A stretch of DNA of 64,000 nucleotides. Origin: Muribaculaceae bacterium. GTDB taxonomy: Bacteria > Bacteroidota > Bacteroidia > Bacteroidales > Muribaculaceae. Both the position numbers and the translations under genes were made by a program. The stretch covers positions 2,931-66,930 of the forward strand of contig JAGAYZ010000004.1 of NCBI GenBank assembly GCA_017940245.1. The letters are read 5' to 3'. Below, in pieces: positions 56,869-64,000 of this stretch; within the stretch, counting starts at the first letter, position 1; the number at the start of each line of letters is the position of its first letter. Under the pieces are notes generated by a model, which was not told where the DNA came from, ran no database searches, and worked only from the letters and a program-made list of their open reading frames with translations.

Positions 56869-58212
56869 TTAGTTAGTGTTGTCGTGTTTGAGTTCTCGAA
56901 GGGTATAGGTCAGAATGGGCAGTGTGAGCAGGAAGGTGCACACGTCGGCTGCAGCCTGGCAGGCTTCCACACCGGTGAGCCCGAAAAAGTGTGGCAAAAT
57001 CAAGATGAGAGGGATGAAGAAGATGCCTCGGCGGCTAGCTGCCAGAACGTTGGCACGCACGGTCATGCCTGCCGTCTGCAGCATCATGTTGCTGTACATG
57101 CTCAGTCCGCATAGCGGCAGCGAAGCCAGTTGCCAGCGCAAGGCATCGATGCCAATGCCGATGACCGCCGGGTCGTCGCGGAACGTGGAGATGATTTCTT
57201 CGCTGAAAATGTAGCCCGCAATGGCGCAAATCACCAGAAAGACAGTGCCCACTTTCACACAGAACCAGAAGCCTTCTTTCACGCGACCATACAGCCTGGC
57301 GCCATAGCAAAATCCGCACAAGGGCTGGTAGCCTTGTCCTAGACCAATCACAGTGCTCATGATGAACATGGCTATGCGGTTCACGATGCTCATGGCCGCG
57401 ATGGCCGCATCGCCATAGACGGCTGCTGCCACGTTGAGCATAATGGTGGCGATGCTGCCCAGCGACTGACGCATGAGTGAGGGGGTGCCTCCGGCGGCGA
57501 TTTCCTTGATGTAGAGCCAACTGGGATTGAAGTGCTTGATGTGGAGTTTGATGTTGTTGCCGTACCGGGTGAGAAAAAGCAAGAGCACAAAACTGCTCAC
57601 CTGTCCGATGACGGTGGCCCAAGCTGCCCCTTTCACGCCCATGCCACACACGAAGATGAGCAGCGGGTCGAGGCCGATGTTCATGATGGCTCCCACCACC
57701 ACGCCCAGCATGGCCAGGTGGGCATTGCCCTGGAATCGCATTTGTCCGTTAAGTGCCAGTTGTGCTGTCATGAAGGGAGCTCCGAGCAGCACGATGGCCA
57801 TGTAGTCGAGTGTGGGACGAAGTATAGTGGGAGTGGCTCCCAGGGCTATGGCGATGGGCCGTAAAAACGCAAGCCCCACCAGCGTGGTGAGAATCCCGAA
57901 TCCAAAGGCATAAACAAATCCTGTGGTGGCCATCTGCTCGGCACGTTGCTGGCGTTTAGCTCCCAGTTCTCGAGAAATGAAATTGCCCGACCCATGGCCA
58001 AAGAAGAATGCTATGCTCTGGATGATGAACATCACCGAAAACACGATGCCCACGGCTGCTGTCGACGGCGTGTCGAGATGGCCGACGAAAAAAGTGTCGG
58101 CCATGTTGTAGATGGTAGTGACCAGCATGCTGATGATGGTTGGCACCGATAGGGTACCAATCACACGGGGCACGGGGACCGTGGTCAGAAAACTGTAATT
58201 GTCACGTTTCAA
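56869..58212 (-). CDS. MATE family efflux transporter
   Basis: Multiple TM helices; YNMADTFFVG, NIGLDPLLIF...GAAWAT. Confidence 0.92.
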   Translation of the reverse strand: MKRDNYSFLTTVPVPRVIGTLSVPTIISMLVTTIYNMADTFFVGHLDTPSTAAVGIVFSVMFIIQSIAFFFGHGSGNFISRELGAKRQQRAEQMATTGFVYAFGFGILTTLVGLAFLRPIAIALGATPTILRPTLDYMAIVLLGAPFMTAQLALNGQMRFQGNAHLAMLGVVVGAIMNIGLDPLLIFVCGMGVKGAAWATVIGQVSSFVLLLFLTRYGNNIKLHIKHFNPSWLYIKEIAAGGTPSLMRQSLGSIATIMLNVAAAVYGDAAIAAMSIVNRIAMFIMSTVIGLGQGYQPLCGFCYGARLYGRVKEGFWFCVKVGTVFLVICAIAGYIFSEEIISTFRDDPAVIGIGIDALRWQLASLPLCGLSMYSNMMLQTAGMTVRANVLAASRRGIFFIPLILILPHFFGLTGVEACQAAADVCTFLLTLPILTYTLRELKHDNTN

Positions 58213-58251
58213 GGTTCACACCTGTAATTAAATTGTTGTTTAGACAGCGAT

Positions 58252-59130
58252 TCAGTCATCGAGAAAACGCCGTGTGATGCCTCCATAGTGGTCGATGCGG
58301 CGGTCGCGCAAGAACGGCCACCAGCGGCGTACGTTCTCGCTGCGGTGCATGTTCACGTCTATCACATGCTCGATTTCGCTGTCGGTGGGAGCGGTGAAAA
58401 GTAATTCACCTTGTGGACCGGCCACAAAACTGCTGCCCCAGAACTGGATGCCCCTTGTCTGGCCCGAGGGGTCGGGCTCATGACCCACACGGTTGACGGT
58501 GACCACGGGCAAGCCGTTGGCCACGGCGTGGCCGCGCTGCACGGTCATCCATGCCTCTCGCTGTCGCAGTTGCTCGGCATCGGTGTCACTGCTCTCAAAA
58601 CCGATGGCGGTGGGGTAGATGAGCAGGTCGGCACCGCGCAGGGCCATCAGTCGGGCTGCCTCGGGATACCATTGGTCCCAGCACACGAGCACGCCCAGCC
58701 GTCCCAGAGAGGTGTCGATGGGCTCAAAACCCAAGTCGCCGGGAGTAAAGTAGAATTTTTCGTAATAGGCAGGATCGTCGGGGATGTGCATCTTGCGGTA
58801 GCGGCCGGCCATGGAACCATCGGTGTCGAATACCACAGCGGTGTTGTGGTACAGCCCTGTGGCTCGTTTCTCAAAAAGTGATGTGACCAGCACGATGCCG
58901 CACTGGCGGGCCACCGTGCTGTAGAGCTCGGTCACTTCGCCGGGTATGGGCACGGCCAGGTCGAAGTTGTCCACGTTTTCGGTCTGACAAAAGTAGAGAG
59001 CGTCGTGCAACTCCTGGAGCACCACCAGTTGGGCTCCTTGAGTGGCCAGTTTTTTGATTTTGTCGATGAGCCGCCGGCGGTTGTCGTCGCGGTTGTCGGT
59101 GTTGTGTTGTTGTATGATACCTATTTTCAT
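58252..59130 (-). CDS. aguB: N-carbamoylputrescine amidase (nitrilase family)
   Basis: LQEL, YRKMHIPDDP, VCWDQWYPE; adjacent to agmatine deiminase. Confidence 0.88.
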   Translation of the reverse strand: MKIGIIQQHNTDNRDDNRRRLIDKIKKLATQGAQLVVLQELHDALYFCQTENVDNFDLAVPIPGEVTELYSTVARQCGIVLVTSLFEKRATGLYHNTAVVFDTDGSMAGRYRKMHIPDDPAYYEKFYFTPGDLGFEPIDTSLGRLGVLVCWDQWYPEAARLMALRGADLLIYPTAIGFESSDTDAEQLRQREAWMTVQRGHAVANGLPVVTVNRVGHEPDPSGQTRGIQFWGSSFVAGPQGELLFTAPTDSEIEHVIDVNMHRSENVRRWWPFLRDRRIDHYGGITRRFLDD

Positions 59131-59155
59131 ATATGCTTATCAAATTATTATGCCG

Positions 59156-60190
59156 TCAGTAAGTGTCTTTCTCGAGTGCTTGTAAAGCAGGCAACTGCAT
59201 GGTGGCGCAATGCAGCGAGCCGTGCTGCTCAATGAGTGCCCTGCAGTCGATGCCGAGCACACGCCGGCCGGGGAACAAGTCTTGAAGAATAACTGACGCT
59301 TCATAGTCTTGTGGGCAACCATATATGGGCACTAGCACACTGGCATTTGTGATCAAGAAATTGGCATAGGTGGCCGGAATGCGATTGCCCTCGTCATCAA
59401 CAATAGGCTCGGGAGCGGGAAGTGGCACCACACGATAAGGGTGGCCATAGGCATCGGTAAAAGTGCGCAACTGCTCGGCCATGCGCTGCAGTGCTTCACA
59501 TTCGGCATCGCCGGGTCGGGCTGTGGCATGCACAATCACATTGCCCGGAGCAAAGCGTGCCATGGTGTCGATGTGGCAGTCGGTGTCGTCGCCGGGAATA
59601 AAACCATGTTCCACCCAGAGCACTTTTTGTGCGCCCAGGCGCCGGTTGAGTTCCTGCTCGATGCGGTGGCGACTCCAGGTCGCATTGCGGTTGGGCGAGA
59701 GCAGGCACGCCGCGGTGGTCATGATGGTGCCGCGGCCGTCGGTTTCAATCGAGCCACCTTCCAGCACCATGTCGCGGTGATTGTCGAGCTGGCAGGGCAG
59801 TGCGGCCAGCTGCTGCAGTCGTTCGCTGACCAGGTTGTCGCGGTCGGCGGCAAATTTCATTCCCCAGGCGTTGAACGTGAAATCGAGCAGGCGAGGCTGG
59901 CCGTCTACATCTACAGCCAGAGGACCGTAATCGCGAGTCCAGGTGTCGTTGGTCGGCACCTGATAGATGCTGATGCGATTGGCATCCAGGTGCGCCAGTG
60001 CGGTCCGCACGGTTTCAGGTTCGGGTGTCACCACCACAAGGTGTTCATCTCGAGTGATGGCATGAGCCAACTCGCGGTAGCAATGCTGCACGCGATCTAG
60101 CATCATGGCCCAGTCGGTACCTGCGTGTGGCCATGCCACAAGAATGGCACTCTGCGGCTCCCACTCGGCCCGGAATCTGATATTTGTCAT
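59156..60190 (-). CDS. aguA: Agmatine deiminase (PAD family)
   Basis: AEWE, DTWTRDYGP, LEGGS, DDTDCHID, GSLHCAT. Confidence 0.9.
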   Translation of the reverse strand: MTNIRFRAEWEPQSAILVAWPHAGTDWAMMLDRVQHCYRELAHAITRDEHLVVVTPEPETVRTALAHLDANRISIYQVPTNDTWTRDYGPLAVDVDGQPRLLDFTFNAWGMKFAADRDNLVSERLQQLAALPCQLDNHRDMVLEGGSIETDGRGTIMTTAACLLSPNRNATWSRHRIEQELNRRLGAQKVLWVEHGFIPGDDTDCHIDTMARFAPGNVIVHATARPGDAECEALQRMAEQLRTFTDAYGHPYRVVPLPAPEPIVDDEGNRIPATYANFLITNASVLVPIYGCPQDYEASVILQDLFPGRRVLGIDCRALIEQHGSLHCATMQLPALQALEKDTY

Positions 60191-60233
60191 CTATTTAGTC
60201 TGTCGTTTTATGCGGTTTTTTGAAATGTCATGT

Positions 60234-60467
60234 TTAGTTGTCAAATTCACGGTAGTCGTCCCAAATGGAATCTTGCGATTCTACAATCTCGTTGATAAAG
60301 TCACGATAGCCATTGCGGACGTTGTAACCGCGTTCATCGCACCACTGTGCATAGTCGGCATTGAGTTGCTCATCATCTCGAAGCATGTCGTGAAACTCAC
60401 TATCCAACTCGCTTGTATTGCTGTAGCGATCCAGCAGAGCTCTCAGGATTTCAGAGATGTCGTTCAT
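60234..60467 (-). CDS. Small acidic hypothetical protein
   Basis: 77-aa ORF with a -7 box (caaagtta near 60500) upstream. Confidence 0.65.
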   Translation of the reverse strand: MNDISEILRALLDRYSNTSELDSEFHDMLRDDEQLNADYAQWCDERGYNVRNGYRDFINEIVESQDSIWDDYREFDN

Positions 60468-60714
60468 GATGTTAATAGTTCTATTTTGGTTTTACAGTAC
60501 AAAGTTACAAATTAATTATGAATTATGACTATGAATTAAGAATTATTTTACTCAATCATTAATCAATATTTTATCGCACGACATCGGTCTCCCCGAAAAC
60601 ACCAGCTTGTCTGCTAGCTGCGTTATTTGCTCCATTCCAGTCGCGTCGTTGATCTTGGTTTATGGCACTAACCCCCTATGCCAGAAAAACAAAACTGAGT
60701 AGCGGAATGTCGCC

Positions 60715-60782
60715 GAAGTTACTCACGCTCGGAAATGCTCAAATAAATTTGGCATTTCACTCGCTTATGCGTAACTTTGCAA
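60715..60782 (+). promoter_or_regulatory. Palindromic element ending in a TAACTTTG -7 box
   Basis: gaaatgc-t-caaat aa atttg-gcatttc hairpin followed by cgtaactttgc. Confidence 0.5.
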
Positions 60783-60802
60783 CGCAAAAAATGTTTTGTA
60801 GA

Positions 60803-62323
60803 ATGAAAAAGTTGAAATATTTTGCTGCTGTGCTTGTTGCGCTATTGGTTACAGCATGCGGCAGCAAGAATGAGAGTTTGGAAAAAATGATTCCGGCCGA
60901 TGCCACAGGAGTGGTGAGTATTGATGTGCCCAGCATACTGAAGAAGGCGCAGCTGCTCCAGGATGGTGACATCACTATTCCTGCCGAACTCCAGCAGGTG
61001 ATGGACGAAAATGACGCGGCAGTGTTGTGCCAGTCCATTACCGACCTGCCGGTAATGGGTATCGATACCGGCAGTAAAGCTTTCGCCTTTTTTACGGTTA
61101 AGACTTTCGGCCGCGTGTTGCTGGTGCCGCTGAGCGACGAGGACGCCGCCCGCAAGACACTCTCACAGCGCCTGGGTACCGACTTTGAGACGGTAGAGGG
61201 CCTGAGCTGTGTCTATCAGCAGGACAATCTATATGCCATCAAGGATGGTGTGCTCATGGTGGGAACGGTTAACATGCCCATCGAGAAGGAAAAAGCGGCG
61301 CGCACTGCACTGGGCATGTTCCAGCGCAATGGCCGCAGCATTCTGGAGGTGGATCAAGTGAAAGACTGCCTTAATGCCGAGGGCGAGGTCAATGCCTATC
61401 TGCAACTCGATGGCATCAAAGCGTTGCTCAAGCGGAGCACCACTTACAAAGAGGTGGCGCGCCGCATGCCGTTGCTGGAAGTTTTCACCGAGAGCGACAT
61501 TAAAGCCATGACTTGTGCCGTGAAGTTGAACGAAGCAAACGCCACAATCGACACTCACTTCATCGTGGATGAGGGGAGCGATTACTTGAAACTGATGAAA
61601 TCCACCATCGCAAAGCCCGATGCTTCATTCCTCAAGGTAATACCTAATTCTATGAATTATGTGATGGCTATGAGCGTGAACGGAAAGCAGTTTACCCAGT
61701 TGGCACAGATACAGCCGTTGCTCAAGGCATTCGCAAAGATACCTTTTATCGGGAAACTGAATCTGGGGCAGATGCTGGCTACCATCGACGGCCCTGTGGC
61801 GGTGGCTCTGGCGCGTGACCCTTACTTGCAAGGCGACTGGAATGCTGTGATTGCGGCCCGCAGTTCACAGCCTGCCGAGGTGGTGAACACCATTGGGCGT
61901 TTTGCACAGTCGATGGGACAGGCTCCCGAACTCTATGATGGTGAATATGTCTATCAGTACGACAACAAGATGATAAAGGTGGGTGCCAGCGATGGAGTGG
62001 TGTATCTGAAAATGCTCAACTACGAGCAGACCGAGGGCTATGCCGGCGATGATGTTGCCATGAACGACCTCTTCTCGAAGGCTGCCGTGGCAGTGTCGGC
62101 CCACACTCAGGCCGGAAAAACCGATGCTTATTTCCGTTATGGACTTGCCGACATGATTGATGGCCATGGCACATTCACCGCCAGCGGCGATACTCCTGTG
62201 GCACTGGCATTGCTCAAGGTGCTGTGCAGCATTAAGCCTGCCGGAGCCTTCGACGACATGATCGATGAAGACACGTCGTCGGCCATCGGTGCTGCCATCG
62301 ATGGCTTCCACGAACTGAATTAA
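60803..62323 (+). CDS. Lipoprotein (DUF4836-like)
   Basis: MKKLKYF...LVTAC lipobox; IPADATGVVSID. The family call is tentative. Confidence 0.75.
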   Translation: MKKLKYFAAVLVALLVTACGSKNESLEKMIPADATGVVSIDVPSILKKAQLLQDGDITIPAELQQVMDENDAAVLCQSITDLPVMGIDTGSKAFAFFTVKTFGRVLLVPLSDEDAARKTLSQRLGTDFETVEGLSCVYQQDNLYAIKDGVLMVGTVNMPIEKEKAARTALGMFQRNGRSILEVDQVKDCLNAEGEVNAYLQLDGIKALLKRSTTYKEVARRMPLLEVFTESDIKAMTCAVKLNEANATIDTHFIVDEGSDYLKLMKSTIAKPDASFLKVIPNSMNYVMAMSVNGKQFTQLAQIQPLLKAFAKIPFIGKLNLGQMLATIDGPVAVALARDPYLQGDWNAVIAARSSQPAEVVNTIGRFAQSMGQAPELYDGEYVYQYDNKMIKVGASDGVVYLKMLNYEQTEGYAGDDVAMNDLFSKAAVAVSAHTQAGKTDAYFRYGLADMIDGHGTFTASGDTPVALALLKVLCSIKPAGAFDDMIDEDTSSAIGAAIDGFHELN

Positions 62324-63066
62324 TGGCTAAATTCGGCTTGCGCCTGGGCCAATGTTTCGGGCTTGCCCACATCTAGCCAGCGGTAGGAAGCTGATGGCTC
62401 GTAACCACAGATGCGCTGTGTGCGGCACACGTCGATATAGAAAGGCGTGATTGAAAACACGGGGCCTGTGACCTGAGCGTGTCGCTCAAGCAGAGGGAAA
62501 ATGCTGGGCGAAATCACATGCACACCACCGAAGGCACGCTCCAGCATCGTGCAGGCATCGTGTGTGAATCCATCCGGGCGAGTTTCGCCCGTTTTTTTGT
62601 TGATCCAGCCCTGTAGCCTCATTGAGCGGTCGAAGACGAAGTATCGTTGAGTGACACGGTCTTTCACCAGCAGTGTGGCAAGAGCCTCGTTGTGCTGGTG
62701 ATTCTTGTAGATTGCAGTCAGGTCCAGATCGGTAAGGATATCGGCATTATGCACCAAAAACGGCTCATCTCCATCTAGCCAGCGTCGGGCCTTGAGGATG
62801 CCACCTCCAGTGTCAAGCAGCAAGTCGCGCTCGTCGCTGATGTGGATGTTCAGCCCGAAGTTGTGATTCTCTTGCAGGAAATCGATAATTTTTTCTCCAA
62901 AGTGGTGCACGTTGATGGTGATGTCGTCAAACCCTGCCTGTGCCACGTTCCTAATGACGCGCTCCAGCATGGTGACGCCGGCCACCTCCACGAGTGCCTT
63001 TGGGCGGTCGTTGGTCAACGGCCGCAAGCGGGTTCCCAGTCCTGCCGCAAAAATCAGTGCTTTCAT
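62320..63066 (-). CDS. Sugar-phosphate nucleotidyltransferase (MurU-like)
   Basis: FAAGLGTRLRPLT..PKALV, LLDTGGG, HNAD, WLDVGK. Confidence 0.88.
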   Translation of the reverse strand: MKALIFAAGLGTRLRPLTNDRPKALVEVAGVTMLERVIRNVAQAGFDDITINVHHFGEKIIDFLQENHNFGLNIHISDERDLLLDTGGGILKARRWLDGDEPFLVHNADILTDLDLTAIYKNHQHNEALATLLVKDRVTQRYFVFDRSMRLQGWINKKTGETRPDGFTHDACTMLERAFGGVHVISPSIFPLLERHAQVTGPVFSITPFYIDVCRTQRICGYEPSASYRWLDVGKPETLAQAQAEFSH

Positions 63067-64000
63067 TCTTCTACCGGATTAAACGTGCGGTCGTGACCCG
63101 ATTGCTCGCGATGCGACAGTTCAACGCGCACGTTGAATTTCTTGTAGATGTGCTCGGCCATGTGCTGGGCGGCATAGACCGAACGATGCTGTCCTCCGGT
63201 GCATCCGAAACACACCATCAGGTCGGTGAAGTTGCGCTTCACGTAGCGCTCTACCGATTCGTCGACGAGCGCATAGACGTGCTCAAGCCACTTGTCGATG
63301 GTGCTCTCGTTCTGCAGGAACTTGATCACGTTGTCGTCAAGACCGGTAAAGGCTTTGTATTTGTCATATTTTCCCGGATTGTTCAGCGCTCGACAATCAA
63401 ACACGAAACCACCTCCATTGCCCGACGAATCGTGAGGGATGCCCTTCTTGTAGGCGAAACTCATTACCCTGACGGTGAGTTTTTTCTCTTCGCTAGTGAA
63501 GTCTTTCAGATTCACTAGTTCGTTGATGATTTCGCTCAGGTAAGGATAACGGTCAAAAGAAGCCTTGGCCACCAGTCGGCGAAGGTTGGCAATGGCAGGC
63601 ACAATGCTGTTCTTCATGAAGTCGGGTTTCTTTTCGAAGTAGCCACGGAATCCATAGGCACCGAGCACCTGCAGCGTGCGGAACAGTACAAACAGACGCA
63701 GGTGGTCGTGGAATTCGGCCTCGTCGAGGTGCGGTTGATATTGTTTCAATTGCTCGATATAGGCCTGAATGAGTTCTTTTTTGAGGTCTTCGGGATACTT
63801 GGCGCGCGACTGCCACACAAATGAGGCCACATCGTAGTAGTATGGCCCGCGGCGGCCGCCCTGGAAATCGATGAAAGCCAGTCGGCACTGAGCCGGATGG
63901 TCGGCATCGCCCACGAGCATCACGTTGCGCGACTGGAAGTCGCGGTACATGAACGTTTCGCTGGGCACGGCCAGCAAGTCTTGCGTGAGCCGGTCGAAGT
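63063..64000 (-). CDS. AmgK-like phosphotransferase fused to a RapZ C-terminal-like domain (partial; 5' end outside the window)
   Basis: YRDFQSRN, IDFQG, SFAYKKG, FDCRAL.NP, GCTGGQHRSV. Confidence 0.88.
   Translation of the reverse strand, partial: FDRLTQDLLAVPSETFMYRDFQSRNVMLVGDADHPAQCRLAFIDFQGGRRGPYYYDVASFVWQSRAKYPEDLKKELIQAYIEQLKQYQPHLDEAEFHDHLRLFVLFRTLQVLGAYGFRGYFEKKPDFMKNSIVPAIANLRRLVAKASFDRYPYLSEIINELVNLKDFTSEEKKLTVRVMSFAYKKGIPHDSSGNGGGFVFDCRALNNPGKYDKYKAFTGLDDNVIKFLQNESTIDKWLEHVYALVDESVERYVKRNFTDLMVCFGCTGGQHRSVYAAQHMAEHIYKKFNVRVELSHREQSGHDRTFNPVEE

Overview
Bacteroidales chromosomal window (TAnnTTTG -7 promoters, a TonB-dependent receptor, T9SS-like C-terminal domains; a Muribaculaceae/Prevotella-like gut or rumen organism is inferred). 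It has two parts. (1) 1-46.7 kb is an accessory cell-surface region with eight secreted proteins carrying near-identical dockerin-like modules. Their passengers are BspA and IRREKO LRRs, beta-rich repeats, a C10 protease and a calycin-like domain; no cohesin or CAZyme was recognised. This part also holds two T9SS-CTD-like proteins, a thioester-less alpha-2-macroglobulin behind an ECF sigma cluster, a TonB receptor/lipoprotein cluster, a 5'-nucleotidase, and a YoeB-type TA pair whose toxin has an in-frame TGA. (2) 46.8-64 kb is housekeeping: glycine cleavage/lipoate, miaA, DPP-IV, MATE, agmatine pathway and AmgK/MurU-like recycling genes. Two candidates for an undescribed system stand out. The first is a regulatory module present twice: a TPR-TM-AraC sensor, a 21-bp-spaced direct-repeat operator, a homologous ~70-80 aa leader protein and a downstream secreted/dockerin array. 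The second is a ~500-nt highly structured, apparently independently transcribed non-coding RNA at 28.7-29.25 kb. All family calls are by eye from motifs; no database searches were run.
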